A stretch of 63,927 nt of DNA from Rhynchobatus australiae (GCA_034780895.1 JAUZTB010000011.1:24412403-24476329), one strand, 5' to 3'. Counted from the first letter of the stretch, positions 30,975 to 43,999 are shown. The notes: generated by a model not told the origin, from the letters alone. A program made the numbers and translations.

Positions 30975-31790
30975 TTAGAGGCCAAAGCATATGAGGATGG
31001 GCCTAACACTCAACATTCACATGACCATGGTCCTCTACTATCCCTGTTGCACCATACTGCCCTCCAGCAATAGAGGTTCATGACAATATAGTGCAAAACA
31101 CTGACTCCCTCCCTTTACACAGGAGGCACCTCTTGGCAACGGCAGATATTGATGATGAAATTCATGATTGCTCTTCAACACATCAGAACATTTGGTCGAT
31201 GAAAGAAAAGGGTAGTTGAAGACCTTGGCAAAGAACTCACGGTCTATCATGCAGCAGTGATCCCTTCGCTCTTATCTGCCTCTGAGTTCTGGACTATTTA
31301 TAGCTAGCATCTCAAAATACCACCAATGCTGTCTGCGAAATAAACCTCTAAGTTCACTGCAAGGATAAGAAAACCAATATCAGCATCATCTCCTAGACCA
31401 ACATCCCCACAATTGCGGTCTTAGTTAGCTCGCAATGCTGGAATGGATAGCTCATTTGAATGCCTGGCACCAGATTCCTTAAACAGATTTTCTATTCTGA
31501 ACCCCACTGCAAGAGATTACCAGAGAGATAAAGAGATTCAAGAATGTATTCAAAGCTTCCTAGAAAAAATGTACTGATTCCTGGGATCTTCAAGTTAATA
31601 GAAACATTGAGACTATGCATCAAAAGCACACAGAAGGCCTGTGTCGGTGGCAGAAGGAGCACACCACCTATCCCGCTGCCATTTCAACCACCTGTCCCTT
31701 TGTGGAGGAATGTGTGGTTCCCACAGTGGCCTCATTTCTGAACCCATAAAACTAGAGTGGAAACAAGTCATTCTTGATCTGAGGAACTGC
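30975..31790 (+). mobile_element. Degenerate RTE-clade LINE 3' portion
   Basis: HQCCLRNKPL..HCKDKKTNISIIS.TNIPTI and KQIFYSE...KRFKNVFKAS motif remnants. Confidence 0.65.
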
Positions 31791-31947
31791 CTGAAAAGAT
31801 AAACTGACGGAGTACTGAATTATAGAGGATGCCAGCTTTTAGCTGAATTGCTAAGTTTACATAGCAAAAATCTTCAAAGTTCCACATGGAAGACTCGATG
31901 AAACTGGGAATCCTGCTCAAGAAGTTGCTTAAGAGAGGAAAGGGAGA

Positions 31948-32080
31948 ACACATGAATGATAAAGAAAATGGGGGGCTATGTGGGAGGGAAGTGTTAGATA
32001 GATCTTAGAGCGGGATAAAATGTCGGCACAACATTGTGGGTTGAAGGGCCTGTACTGTGCTGTAGTGTTCTATGTTCTAA
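31948..32080 (+). mobile_element. CR1 LINE extreme 3' end
   Basis: gaagggcctgtactgtgctgtagtgttctatgttcta tail. Confidence 0.8.
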
Positions 32081-34914
32081 ACACTTTTTGAAGATTCAAC
32101 ATTTAACCCAGAACATCACTAACACATTAATCTGTAGATGTAAATCTGAAATGAAAACAGAAAATGTAACCTGACCTGGTGAGTGTTTCCAGTATGTTCT
32201 ATCCTTATCACCTAAATTTTGTTAAGTTTGGGGAGAGAATTGGTAGCCATTGCTTTGTGGAGACAAGGGTGAGATTGGTAGCGAGGAATCTATAGCCTGG
32301 TGGACTTGTGGAGTGCATTCATAGTTTTCTTTGCTCCACATTCAGGAAAGAATATTTTAAAAACTTACCTTGTTGGCTGTGGTCTGACAGCTGGTTTTGC
32401 TAGGCTGGGGGACCAGTTGCTAAGGGGCAAATTCATTTTGAACTGGGGGTTACAAAGTGCTGAATGCCTGCTTGAGGCATAGGGAATGATCAATGAGTTT
32501 TGGACAACCTTTATGATAAGCACCACTCTTTCAGCCAACCATTAGTGTGCACTTCCTGTTTATCATTTTGAAGCCTTAAGATTGCTTAGCACATAAGAAA
32601 TGGCTGTTGCATGACCATATTCAGTGATATCTGCAGCTCGAGGTGTCTCAAAATTTTTGAACTCATCATCAAGACATAAGGAAAGAATGCCTAGATATCC
32701 ATGTTAATTTGTCAGTCAAAACAACCAGTTTTGACTGGTTGTCAGTAAGTTGTCAGACAACAGTAAGTTGTCAGACAACTTAATATGAACATGGCACATC
32801 TTAGTCATATGTAAAGCATCTCATAAAAGTGAAGGATTGCCATGTGGCTCCTTGCATCTGTGGTGCCTAGCCAGTCTGCAGAAATGAATAGTTTGCTCTG
32901 CTTGTGTGTCAAGATTTATGATGTGAAAAATTATTTCCAGGCATGAAGCACCAAATTTACATACACTGACTTCTAAATATCATAAGTAGATGTGGAAAAT
33001 GAGCATTTGATTTCTTGAATACAGAAATCAGAGGAGGAACACACAGGACCAAATTTGTAAAAGATGAAGGTTGATCATTGCCATGCATATTTTGTTCAGT
33101 TTACCATGTCTTTGCAGAACATGTAAATGTTAGCTTTCTCCTACCTATCTTGGTATTGTGTGTTGATCCTGCCTTGTAGTAACCCCCTTGCACTTCTCCT
33201 CCACATCACCCATCACCAGTGATTGTTGTTTTGGCATCCTGGCTGGCCAGTTTTGTGAAGACCCTGATGGCATGTTGAAGCATCTGAATGGTTTCAGTAA
33301 CTTCTCTGTATCAGGAGACTGACAATTTAGGCAAAATTTGGAACTAGATTTAGACCTCCATTTTTGGGCACAAGCTCCAAATACTTTTGCCTACTTCAAG
33401 CTAGAAAGTGATTGAAACTAATTCCTCCCCATTTTTTGACTGTGTCTTTATTTGAACTAAAAATAACGAAATGCCACATCATAATTAGATAAAAGCATCA
33501 TTCAGTTGATAGACAAAATACTCATTTTTTGGCTCTGTGTATTGCTACAAAGACACATTGTAATGGAAGATTTTGTCTGTCATTACATCTTTTTTTAATC
33601 ATTCCTTCATGTCAAAGCAGGAAGGGTGGANNNNNNNNNNTTTCATACTTATAACAGGAAGGGAGGAGAGTCTGGGCAGTCTATGAATTACAAGCCTTAT
33701 TCACATCAGCTTTTAAGCCAGTGGCAAGATAAATCCCAATTCTGTGTTATAGTTGGAGCAGATTAAATGTGTGTGTGTAAATATGGCCTTATTGCAATGA
33801 AAGCTCATTTTCTTTCATTATAAATGAACTTCATACAGTTGGTAGCTATCACTTCAGTGTACTCATATGTCTGGTTGTTTTGACCTTGGATTTGCAGCAT
33901 GAAAATACACTTGTCTGTTCAAATGAAACACTGTGCTATTTTTACTGGCACACACTAATATAAATAAACTGATGAAGGTTTGCTTCTTGACAGTTAACCA
34001 CACATAGGATTTACAGTTTTAAAATCAATGATTTTACTATACTGCAAGATTCAAATGGATAAAACTGCCATTTGGGTTTTAATATAGTAGTTGTCTGATT
34101 CAGATTTTTAAAAATTGTCATTCCCAAGAAAGTTCTGTATACTTTTAAACTCTGAATAATAAATTATATTAGCAGTTATTAATTGTTGATAATTGCTCTT
34201 AGGATCCCCAACATTATGTTAATATTTGTTATGCTTTAAATTTAATATATCTAGTTATAAAACTGCACTTTAAAAACAACTTTTTGACAGAAATTATTTC
34301 TACCTTTGGACTTTAAGTTTGATTAACTGTTTTCTAGCACTGACCAATATAGATGTCAAGGAGGAGTAATTCCATTGCCAACTTTGTGGAAAAGGAAAAT
34401 ATTTTACTTACTTTAAGATTTTCAATCATTTGTTACTGTTTTAACATATTTTAAATTAAACTTACTTATTCCTGTTATTATTAATATTTAAGTATATTTA
34501 TTTGATTTAAATCATTTTTAATATTCCTAAATGCCTCTATCAGATACATTTAACGATTATCAAAGAATGTTTGGGCATTCGGTCTACGGGCTGTATGTAG
34601 CCTGCACTGCCTCATTGGATGTCTGTCAGGAGGGTCAGCTTCATCCCACAGCATCCAGAAAATCTAACCGTGGGCAGATAAGAACTGTTTGGTGTCCATT
34701 GATTATATACTGTATTTGGCTGCGTTCGATACTTGAGTCATTACCATTTCTCCTTTTTTGCTTCCTCATGCTTTTCTATCATTATTCTTTTTTTTGTCCC
34801 TTCGCCATTTCTTCACTTTTGGCATTTTAATCCAGGCACCAACCAATCACCTTGCTAGTATAATAGACTTAAATCCCCTTCAGATTAGAACCTTCTATAT
34901 TCACTCATCATTTT

Positions 34915-36312
34915 CAGTCATAGATAGGGTTAAAGAGTTATTCAGCATGGAAACAGGCCCTTCTGCCTAACTTGACCACGACCTGAGCTTGCCCCATTTG
35001 CCTGCATTTGGTCCATATTTCTCCAAACTTTTCCTATCTGTGAACCTGTACAAATTCTTTTTAACATTNNNNNNNNNNNNNNNNNNNNNNNNNNNNNNNN
35101 NNNNNNNNNNNNNNNNNNNNNNNNNNNNNNNNNNNNNNNNNNNNNNNNNNNNNNNNNNNNNNNNNNNNCCTGCATTTGGTCCATATTTCTCCAAACTTTT
35201 CCTATCTGTGAACCTGTCCAAATTCTTTTAAACATTGTAATTGTACCCACCTCTACCACTTCTTCTGACAGCTTGTTCCATATACCCATAACCCTGTGTG
35301 AAAAACTGGTCTCTCAGGTCCCCTCTAAATCTTTCCCAACTCATCTTAAATCTAAGTGCTCTAGTTTTAGAATCCCCTCCTCTCCAAGTGTGGTCTCACC
35401 AACATCCTACACAATTATAATATGACGTCTTAACTCTTGTACTCAATGCCCTATCTGATGAAGGCAAGCATGCCATATGCCTTCTACACCACTTTGTCTA
35501 CCTGTGTCACCACTTTCAGGGAACTATGTATTTGTTATCCCTGGGCCTCTCTGTTCTACAACACTACCCAGGGTCCTGTCATTTACAGTGAAAATCCTGC
35601 CCTGGCTTAACTTCCCAAAATGCATCACTTCAGACTTGTCTGAGTTAAATACCATTTGCCATTCCTTTGCCCACTTTCCCAGTTGATCTGGATCCTATTG
35701 TAACCTTAGACAACCTTCTTCACTGTCCACCATACCACTAATTTTCGTGTCATGCACAAGATGACTAATCATGCCTCTTGTATTCTCATCCAAACTGCTA
35801 ATATCTATGACAAACAGCAGAAGACCCAGCATTGATCCCTGTCGCACACAACTAGTCACAGTCCTCCAATCCAAAAAACAACCCTCCACTACCACCCTTC
35901 CATGTACCTATCTAAGAGCCTTTTAAATGTCCCTATTGTATCAGCCTCTACAACCATCCCTGTAGCTGCATTCAAAACACCCATCACTCTCTGTGTAAAG
36001 AACCTATCTGCGACATTTCCTCTGAACATTCCTCGTCTGAGCTAAAACGAATGCCCTCTGGTATTTGCCATTACTGCCCTGGGGAAAAAGGTACTGGCTG
36101 TCCACTCTGTCTATGCCCCTCATAATCTTATACACCTCTATCAAGTCGCCTCTCATCTGCGTCATTCCAAAGAGAAAAGCCTTAGTTCGCTCAACCTTTC
36201 CTCATAAAACATATTCTCTAATCCAGGTAGCATCCTGGTAAATCTCCTCCGCACCCTTGCTAAAACTTCCATATCTTTCCTATAACAAGGTGACCAGAAC
36301 TGAACACAATAC
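34915..36312 (-). mobile_element. Cluster of CR1 LINE fragments
   Basis: WNKLSEEVVEVGTIT, RQGSMLGLLLFVIDI and YCVQFWSPCYRKD motifs. Confidence 0.85.
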
Positions 36313-36350
36313 TGTGGTTCCCCCAGACAGGAGCCCCCACCCCCCAAGAA

Positions 36351-37111
36351 AAGGAGTAGGGAGAAAACCACGTGATCGAGGCCAGACAAATCACCACTGG
36401 TGTTTTTGGTGGGCTACATACAGTAGTACACAGTACTTTCCAATGGAAAGGCTTCAGTAATAGTAGGGTGTTACCACCTGTGAGGCAAATTTCTGTTAAA
36501 GCCCAGATGTAAATGCAATAATCCATAGGTTACAAATAACAAAGCTCTTGTTTGTGAGGAAATAGGCATTCTGGAGGAAATAGAGTGGTGATGACTTATT
36601 GATATGTTGAAAGAGTCCAAGGGGGCAGTTGCGAGTATCTACGTTCTGCTTGAGAAAACTTTCCTGGACACGATTAACAAATTCTGCCCTGTCTAATCCC
36701 TTAGCACACTGGCAGTCCCAGTCAAAATTAGGGAAGTTCTCTAAAGGACTTATCAAGTCCTCAATTGTTATCTCTTCCTGTCTCCTTGCAAAAGCCATTT
36801 TCCTTAAGCAGGTCTGCTGTGGATCGATCACATCATCCGCTTTCCTTCCTATTAATCTCATTCACATCTGCCCCTTTGGGCTTTTTCAGATCAATAAGTC
36901 ACCAGCACTATTTCCTCCAGAGTGCCTATTTCCTCACAAACAAGATCTTTGTTATTTGTAACCTGTGGATTACTGCATTTACATATCGGCTTTAACAGAA
37001 ACTTGCTTCACAGGTGGTAACACCCTGCTATTACTGAAGCCTTTATAGCCCACCAAAAACACCTACGGTGATTTGTGTGGCCTTAATCACATGGCTTTCT
37101 TCCTACTTCTT
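36351..37111. mobile_element. Long-TIR foldback / non-autonomous DNA transposon
   Basis: 36351-36635 and 36858-37111 are reverse complements (about 90% by eye); termini AGGAGTAGG...CCTACTTCT. Confidence 0.8.
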
Positions 37112-37139
37112 ATGTCGTCCATGCCTCATTTAGAAGGTT

Positions 37140-37880
37140 AAAAAGGCTCAAATGCCAGTCCAGAGACTAAAACACAAAAATCCATGCTGACACTCCAGTG
37201 CAATACCAAAGGTGCATTATGTTACAGGAATATCATCTTTTATATGAGGTCTTAAACCAGGGCCTTGGCTGTTCGCTCAGGTAGCCTTAAAACATTGAAA
37301 GAATTATTTGAGAAGAGTAGGGGAATAATTTCTCATACAACACAGGAGGCTGCCATTTGGGTCATCAAGTCTCTAGCAATCCCATCAATTGTATTCCCCA
37401 CTATTTCTCTGTAATCTATTCTCTCTTGCACAAGCATTAACTACCCCTGCTACTGCCATATCTAGCCTGTGTTAATTTACAGTAACAGATGAACCTATTT
37501 TAAGGGTGTGAGATGAAGCTGGAGCACATGGGGAAACACATATGGTCACAGAGAGAATGTGCAAACTCCACAGACAGCACCTGAGCTCAAGATTGCTGGA
37601 ACTGTGAGACAAAGCCTGATGTCCTGGTAAACATTTACCCCTCCATCAGTATTTCATAAACAGATGATCTAGTCAACATTACACTGCTGTATGTGGGAGC
37701 CTGTTGTGTGAAAATTGGCTACTGTGTTTCCTATATTACAACACTGATTGTACAATAAAAGTACTTTACTAACCATAAAGCACTACAGGACATTCGGAAA
37801 GAAATGTGAAAGGCACCATATAAAACACCATGTAAAGCACTTTGGAATATTCCAGAATAGATATGAAAGATGTTATACTC
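37140..37880 (+). mobile_element. Deu-domain SINE interrupted by a minus-strand V-SINE (about 37336-37612)
   Basis: Deu core gctgacactccagtgcaatac...gaagagtagggg resumes at cctgatgtcctggtaaacatttacccctc; the insert carries V-domain tgtggagtttgcacattctc. Confidence 0.7.
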
Positions 37881-38279
37881 ATGCATTTCTCACTTTTGGT
37901 TCCTTTTCCTCCTACTATCATCTCATGTTGCCCTACTCCCCTTTTTTAAAAGTCTTCATTCTTTACTGCCTTCCACCTATCTCTGCAATTTTCAGTGAGC
38001 TCAGCACTTCTTTTCTTTTCAGCCTTTGCAGAGAATAATTCCTCTTCTCAGTGACATTAATTATATTCTCCAGCCACCTCACCCCCTCTGTCCTTCTGAT
38101 TTCACAGCATTCCTCTCTTTCCTTTTTCCCTTCATTAAAAACTGACCAAGCAGTATTCATGCTACCCCTTTGATTGCATCATTATACATGATCTCTTTCC
38201 ACATGATGTGTCACTCATCCAAATACCCAAGCCCTCTGTGCCCAACAAAATAAACTCTCTCTCAAGTTAGCTGCATTTT

Positions 38280-38750
38280 GAGGTTGAGAAGTGGTCTATT
38301 GATTTGTTTAAAAATTCTGAGAGGGTTTAACAGAGTAGATGCTGAGAGATTGCTAACTGTGACTGGAAATTCTAGACCTTGAACCATGATCTCAGGATAA
38401 ATGGATAGGTATTCACAAATGAATTAGGAGAAACCTCTTCATGGAAGTCCTTGAATCTTTGGAATGCTCTATCCCAGAGAGTAGAGGAACATCAGTCAAG
38501 TCCGGGAATGATGATTATTGTATTCTAAGGGAATCAAGGAGAATGGAGATTGGGCAAGAAAATTAAGATCAGTTCAAAGGTCAGTTTTGATCATACTAAA
38601 TGATGGAGCAGGTTGCTGAGCCAAATAAGTCTCGATCTAAAATGTCAACAGTCCATTTCCATCCATAGATGCTGTTTGACCTACTGAGTTCCTCCAGCAT
38701 CTTGTGTGTTGCTCCAGATTCCAGAGTCTGCAGTCTTTTGTGTCTCCAAT
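38280..38750 (+). mobile_element. Degenerate CR1 3' end followed by a Penelope-like terminal repeat
   Basis: LWNALSQRVEE-like motif; tagatgctgtttgacctactgagttcctccagcatcttgtgtgttgctccagattccag. Confidence 0.65.
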
Positions 38751-38835
38751 ACACATTTATTAATTGTTAAAGGATAGAACACTTCATTATTAAACAAATG
38801 TGTTGAACATTTATTAATGATTTTGTTTTCCTTAC

Positions 38836-38889
38836 CTGATCAAACTGTGGATCTTCTCCCCTCTGCAAGGATTTTGTCAGTGCCTTTTC
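38836..38889 (-). CDS. FRY: FRY exon 3 (54 nt)
   Basis: ttatag|...|gtaagg; EKALTKSLQRGEDPQFDQ. Confidence 0.95.
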
Positions 38890-40289
38890 CTATAATAGAA
38901 CACATTATAAGTGTCAACACAAATGGACTAGCAATAATCAGGATAGCATTGAAAGATGAAGCACTTATTTGTAGCTCCTCTAATTTGCAACAAAATACAA
39001 TGTTCAAAACTATTATTGAATTTTTTTAAAAATTCAGCATTGTGTGTAAGAAGTATCTATCAATGTTAAAAAGATCAGACTGATACTGTTTAAGAGTGCT
39101 GTAGTGTATTTCAGCTGTACTAATCATTGCTGTTTTCTTACCATTCTTCATTCAGGATGCAACTATGGTGATTTATGCTCATCATTAGTGATCATACCCT
39201 AAATACAGGTGACCATTAACTCAATTCAGCAGGTAATTAGCACATACAAAAGGAAGCATGTCAGAAGAGGTCCAGATAATGTGTCAATGCCAAAATTTAA
39301 GTGACCATAATACTGGATCTGAGCTGGACTTTGGACAAACATACAATTTTCTCATGTTTCTGCTGAAGTACCACTTACCCACAGCAAGACCATTATTGGG
39401 ATTTTTGTACAGTTTTACAGCATGGGAGAAAGCATTTGGCATTCTCTCTCAAGCTGGCCCTGTACGGGAACAAGTCAATTTGAGCCGCCCTGCGTCTTCC
39501 CCTGCATCAGTGTTTACCCATTTCCCCTAAACTAATGAAATCTTCCTTGCATTAGTTATTCCATAATTCAACAGCATTCAATGAAAAGAAATTCCTTCTA
39601 GCATTGCTTTTCTATCACCAGGACACAATTTTAATCTGACGATTCCTAATTATCTGTTTCCCAACCTGAGACAATGGCTTCGCTCAGTTTACTTGGAAAA
39701 AGCTGAGTGGTATTCATGTTCCTATGTTTCAATGGCAGCATAGATTCTACAACTTCACTCTGAAATAGCAACAGCACCACTGATTAATAGAAATTCATTT
39801 GCAGATCTTACAATGTCAGCTGAGTATTGTTTATGTTTTTAAATTAAACACCTATTCTGCTTCTCCCATATATATTTCTATAATGGCATTAGTAAAGCTG
39901 AGTTTTGAGTGGCTAAGTTTCTGAGGGACCAGTTGCAAACTTTAGCATTTCTTCTACTATGGAGACATTTAGGCCCAAGTGTCTATCTGGTACCCTAGAT
40001 AGCATTGTTTATGGGGATGGCGAAGTAGCAAGTGTGCTGATATATTCAGAAAACAATAAAAGAGCTTTTAACCTGAATCTAAAGAGTGCGGGTGATGTGT
40101 CTAGAGTTGACTAATTCAGGTGCCTCATTTCAAATTGGTGGAATTTATGTTTTAGCACATTCTTTCCAGCGTTAGACTATTGTATTTCTCTCGTCTTCCT
40201 CACCTCTTCCAGCAGGACCTTGTGAGGTGCTTTAGCGGTTCTGGGAGCTTGTTTCCTTGGCATCTCTGCCTTTTTTTTTTCCCTCACAA

Positions 40290-40465
40290 AAACATTATAT
40301 ATAGGAGAGGGAATGGGCCACTTGGCCCCTCGAGGTTACTCCACTATTTAATAAAATTGTGGCTGCTCTGGTCTTTGGCCTCAACTCCATTTTTCTGCCC
40401 AATCCCTTTAACCCTTGATTCCCCTGCAATACAAATAAATTACCCCAGCCTTGAATACACTTAAG
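40290..40465 (-). mobile_element. CR1 LINE 3' end fragment
   Basis: ataggagagggaatgggccacttggcccctcgag motif, as at 18150. Confidence 0.6.
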
Positions 40466-41275
40466 GCTTAGGTTTATTTTTCAGTTTTTAATTCTTAGTT
40501 TAGTTTTTCTTCAGCCTTTAGTAGAGTTTGGCAAAATTGATCATGCACAGAAACTAAATTACTTCAGTCAAGGAATGCATCAACTTTCAGCTTAACCTAT
40601 TAAATATGTTGAGATTTTTCCTAGCAATGTTGCTGTAGAATGGGAATTCCACACTCGCAAACTTCAATATTAGACATATTTCCACCATTTTTGTTCTCAT
40701 CATCATAGAACATTAACAGAATACTTACAGCTGGATTTCCATTTATCTGAGTAGTGCTTACTTTTTAAAAAAAATTCATCATTTTTGCAAAGCATAGCAT
40801 GTTATTTACAAAAATACCTGGCAGATACTTGATAAATAACTGATGTACATGTAGCAGAGTTCTTGCTGCAGTGGTTGGTTTTTCAAGTAGCTTGCCAAAG
40901 GGTCTATCCACTTAATTTAACATGGACCCCAATTGCACTATACAAATAAATCATGAATGACATCCACTTCTTCTAAAATGTTTTCTTTTCATTTGATTAC
41001 AATTTCTGCTTGTGATATCTCCACTGCTCCAAAGGTTGAGAAAGCTTTTTTTTCCATATTTTGTGTGTGATGCACTATGTAGCTGCTCCTAAATCCAATG
41101 GGTAGGTTTGAAAGAAATGACAACTCAGCAGTACAGGTGACCCCCAAGTTATGGTCTTTTGGGTTACGTAAATTCACCCTTACAAAATTCTCAAATCACA
41201 ACCCAAAAATTTGAGATACGGAATAAAATTTGTTCCTACAGAATCTGTGGGAACAAATAAATCAATAAACACAAA

Positions 41276-41380
41276 TTGCAAAAGAAACAACAAATTTTTA
41301 TCAGTTTTCATTTTAGTCAACAGTTTTCATTTTTGTTGCAAAAGAAACCACAAATTTTCATCAGTTTCCATTTTTAGTCA
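41276..41380. repeat. 60-bp-period tandem duplication
   Basis: ttgcaaaagaaac(a/c)acaaatttt(t/c)atcagttt(t/c)catt...agtca twice. Confidence 0.8.
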
Positions 41381-41718
41381 CTCATTATTGTGGGGCAATA
41401 AGATTTGAATATGACATCACCATGTTTATTGCATTACCAGTCACAACTAAGTCCCTCCTTTGCCACCCCCTCTCCAATCCAAGGACAAGTGAACAGACAT
41501 CTGAGTGCAGTGCTGCCATGCTCTTCATCTGCGAGGAATTTCTCCAACATATTATATTGTGGGGAGCTGCACTAGCTATGACCATCATCTTAAAGTAATC
41601 CTTCAGCCTTTACTCCATTTCCATGAAGTCACTGTGCTTTAATCCAATATCCACTGAACTCCTTGTCCACCATCTTTCTCCCATGAACCCTCATCCTTGA
41701 ATCCCATCCCTTTGCCTG

Positions 41719-42123
41719 TGTCATGGTTCTGAGTTCTGGCCCTCAATTTGGCTCCTTTAATGCCTTGTTGTCCAGCACATGGATTCCATGCTGGACTGAT
41801 TACATAGTGACACACATCTGAGCACCATCAGGGGCCTAGCATAAGTACCTGGGTTTCTCCAGCACTTGTTGCCAGAGTATTGGTCTGCCTTTGGGTACTT
41901 TGGCTCCTAGTTGCTTAAAGTGGTCTACTCTAGAGCAGTCCTGTATTTTCTATTCCTTTTCGAAGATCCAGTTCGTATTGGGATTCCTCTTTAGATCTTT
42001 GAAGCAAGATACCTTCCAATTGCTGCCTGTGTTTGTCCTGAGGAAGTATCCTGACTCCAGTCTTGTATCGGTGTGCTACATTCGGGTTCTCTTTGAGCTT
42101 GCTCTTTGCTCAATGTTGTGACA
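41719..42123 (+). mobile_element. LTR-like repeat, copy 1 (405 bp)
   Basis: TGTCA...TGACA terminal inverted repeat; 3' part repeated at 43060-43208. Confidence 0.7.
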
Positions 42124-43059
42124 GACACAGGGTGAACTCATGAACATTCTTTGCGTTACATTTCATATCTATATCTATAACAATAGAGTCACAGTTGTAA
42201 CAAGTGCAAGCAGATCAGGGGAATATTACAATATTTTCCAATTAACCTTTCCCATTTTATTTTATATTAATTTCCCCTTAAAATAAAATAACATCTTCCT
42301 ACATCAAGTTAAGTAGTGTAACACTAAATTGTATGTTTTATAAATTTGATTCACTTATTTCTTCTTTTGGATGAAAAGGAAAACAGCGTTTTGTCCTGGC
42401 AAGGCAATTAGCATCTGTCGCTATCCTGTTCAGTTGTGATCAAAGGGCATTGACCTGAAATATTAATTCATTTTTGCCGGTTCACAGCTGCTACCTGACC
42501 TGCTGAGTGTTTCCAGCATTCTCTGATTTTGTTTCAGTTTTATTGCACCTGTGGTATTTTGCTTTTGGATTTTGTTTCGTTTTTGCTTAATCAATGGAAT
42601 TGGATTTGCAACTTTGACTGATTCCATTGACAGTTTATTTTGGGGGTGGGGAGGGGAAGGACGGTTAGTTTAAACTTAGATAATCATGAGAAAAGATTTG
42701 TGCTGTTTGTCAACCTGATAGAATGAGGAAGAATCAAATGGAATTGAACCATCTCTCTGTGAAGTAAGGGTTCAGAATTGGCCAACCTCAAAATAAGTTG
42801 AAGCCTGTGGTTAAAATAACAGAATATTGTTTTTCCCACATTTTATACAACTAATTTAATTGCCTAATTTGCAATTCCACAACATTTCTTATTTGCCATC
42901 AATTCTTCATGTTTTGTTCCAATATTCATGTAACAATATTGATTGAAAAGGATTTCGGANNNNNNNNNNNNNNNNNNNNNNNNNNNNNNNNNNNNNNNNN
43001 NNNNNNNNNNNNNNNNNNNNNNNNNNNNNNNNNNNNNNNNNNNNNNNNNNNNNNNNNNN

Positions 43060-43208
43060 GTGTTGGGATTCCTCTTCTGATCTCTGAGGCAAGATTCCTT
43101 CCAGTTGCTGCCTGTGTTTGTCCTGAGGAAGTATCCCGACTCCAGTCTTGTATTGGTGTGACGCATTTGGGTTCTCTGTGAGCTTGCTCTTTGCTTAACA
43201 TTGTGACA
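43060..43208 (+). mobile_element. LTR-like repeat, copy 2 (5' part lost in gap)
   Basis: About 17 mismatches in about 149 nt versus 41975-42123; ends TGTGACA. Confidence 0.7.
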
Positions 43209-43999
43209 CCCTGATATCCCCACTTCCTAAACACCATCCTAATCCACAAGCCTTGCACATCAGAATAAATTCCTCATAGGTGAAGAGCACAGCAGCGCTA
43301 TGCTCTGAGACATCTGTTCACATGTCCTTGGACAGGAAAGGGTGTGGCAAAGGAAGGTCTTTGCCCTGACTGCCAACCCAATTGACACAGTGACATCATA
43401 TCCAAATCTTATTGCCCCAAAGTAGTGAGTGACTAAAACTAAAACCTGACAAAATTTTATGAATCTTTCACACAAGCTCAATCTATCCCCTGGGTCTAAT
43501 ATTGGCCTCAGCTGTTAAATAACAGCAGTGGGTCACTTTGTCATTGCCAATAAAGTGGCCAATTATGAGAGAAAAACGTTCCATAGGAATGCATCTCTAC
43601 TTATAACATGGGATTCAATGGGAAAGGGTGGGGGGGGGGGTGGTTCACATTACGGAAAATCACAATATAGATGGTTTTCTAGGAATGCAACCTGTATGCA
43701 CACTGGCTCAAGATTTATCTCATTTGGCAAAATCTTCATTTTCTTTCACATAATCACGCATGCTATTTGTTTTTCACCTTACTTCTGCCCACAGTCTTAG
43801 TCTTCCATAACTTTAGATCACCATTAAGCCACCAACTACCACATCCCACAATTAGATTAGTCATCTATATCTTCATTTTGCAACCCACATGCAACAAACT
43901 GCACTGTTGACATTTATTGCTGGTGCAGACATTTACTGTGGAAAAAAAAAACCTCTTTTCGTTTTTAAAATCAGTTAAAACTGAAAAACTCAGGCCCAA

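Noticed and set aside
35001-35236. Direct repeat of about 68 bp flanking a gap
   Set aside because: Overlap or haplotype artefact inside a CR1 copy
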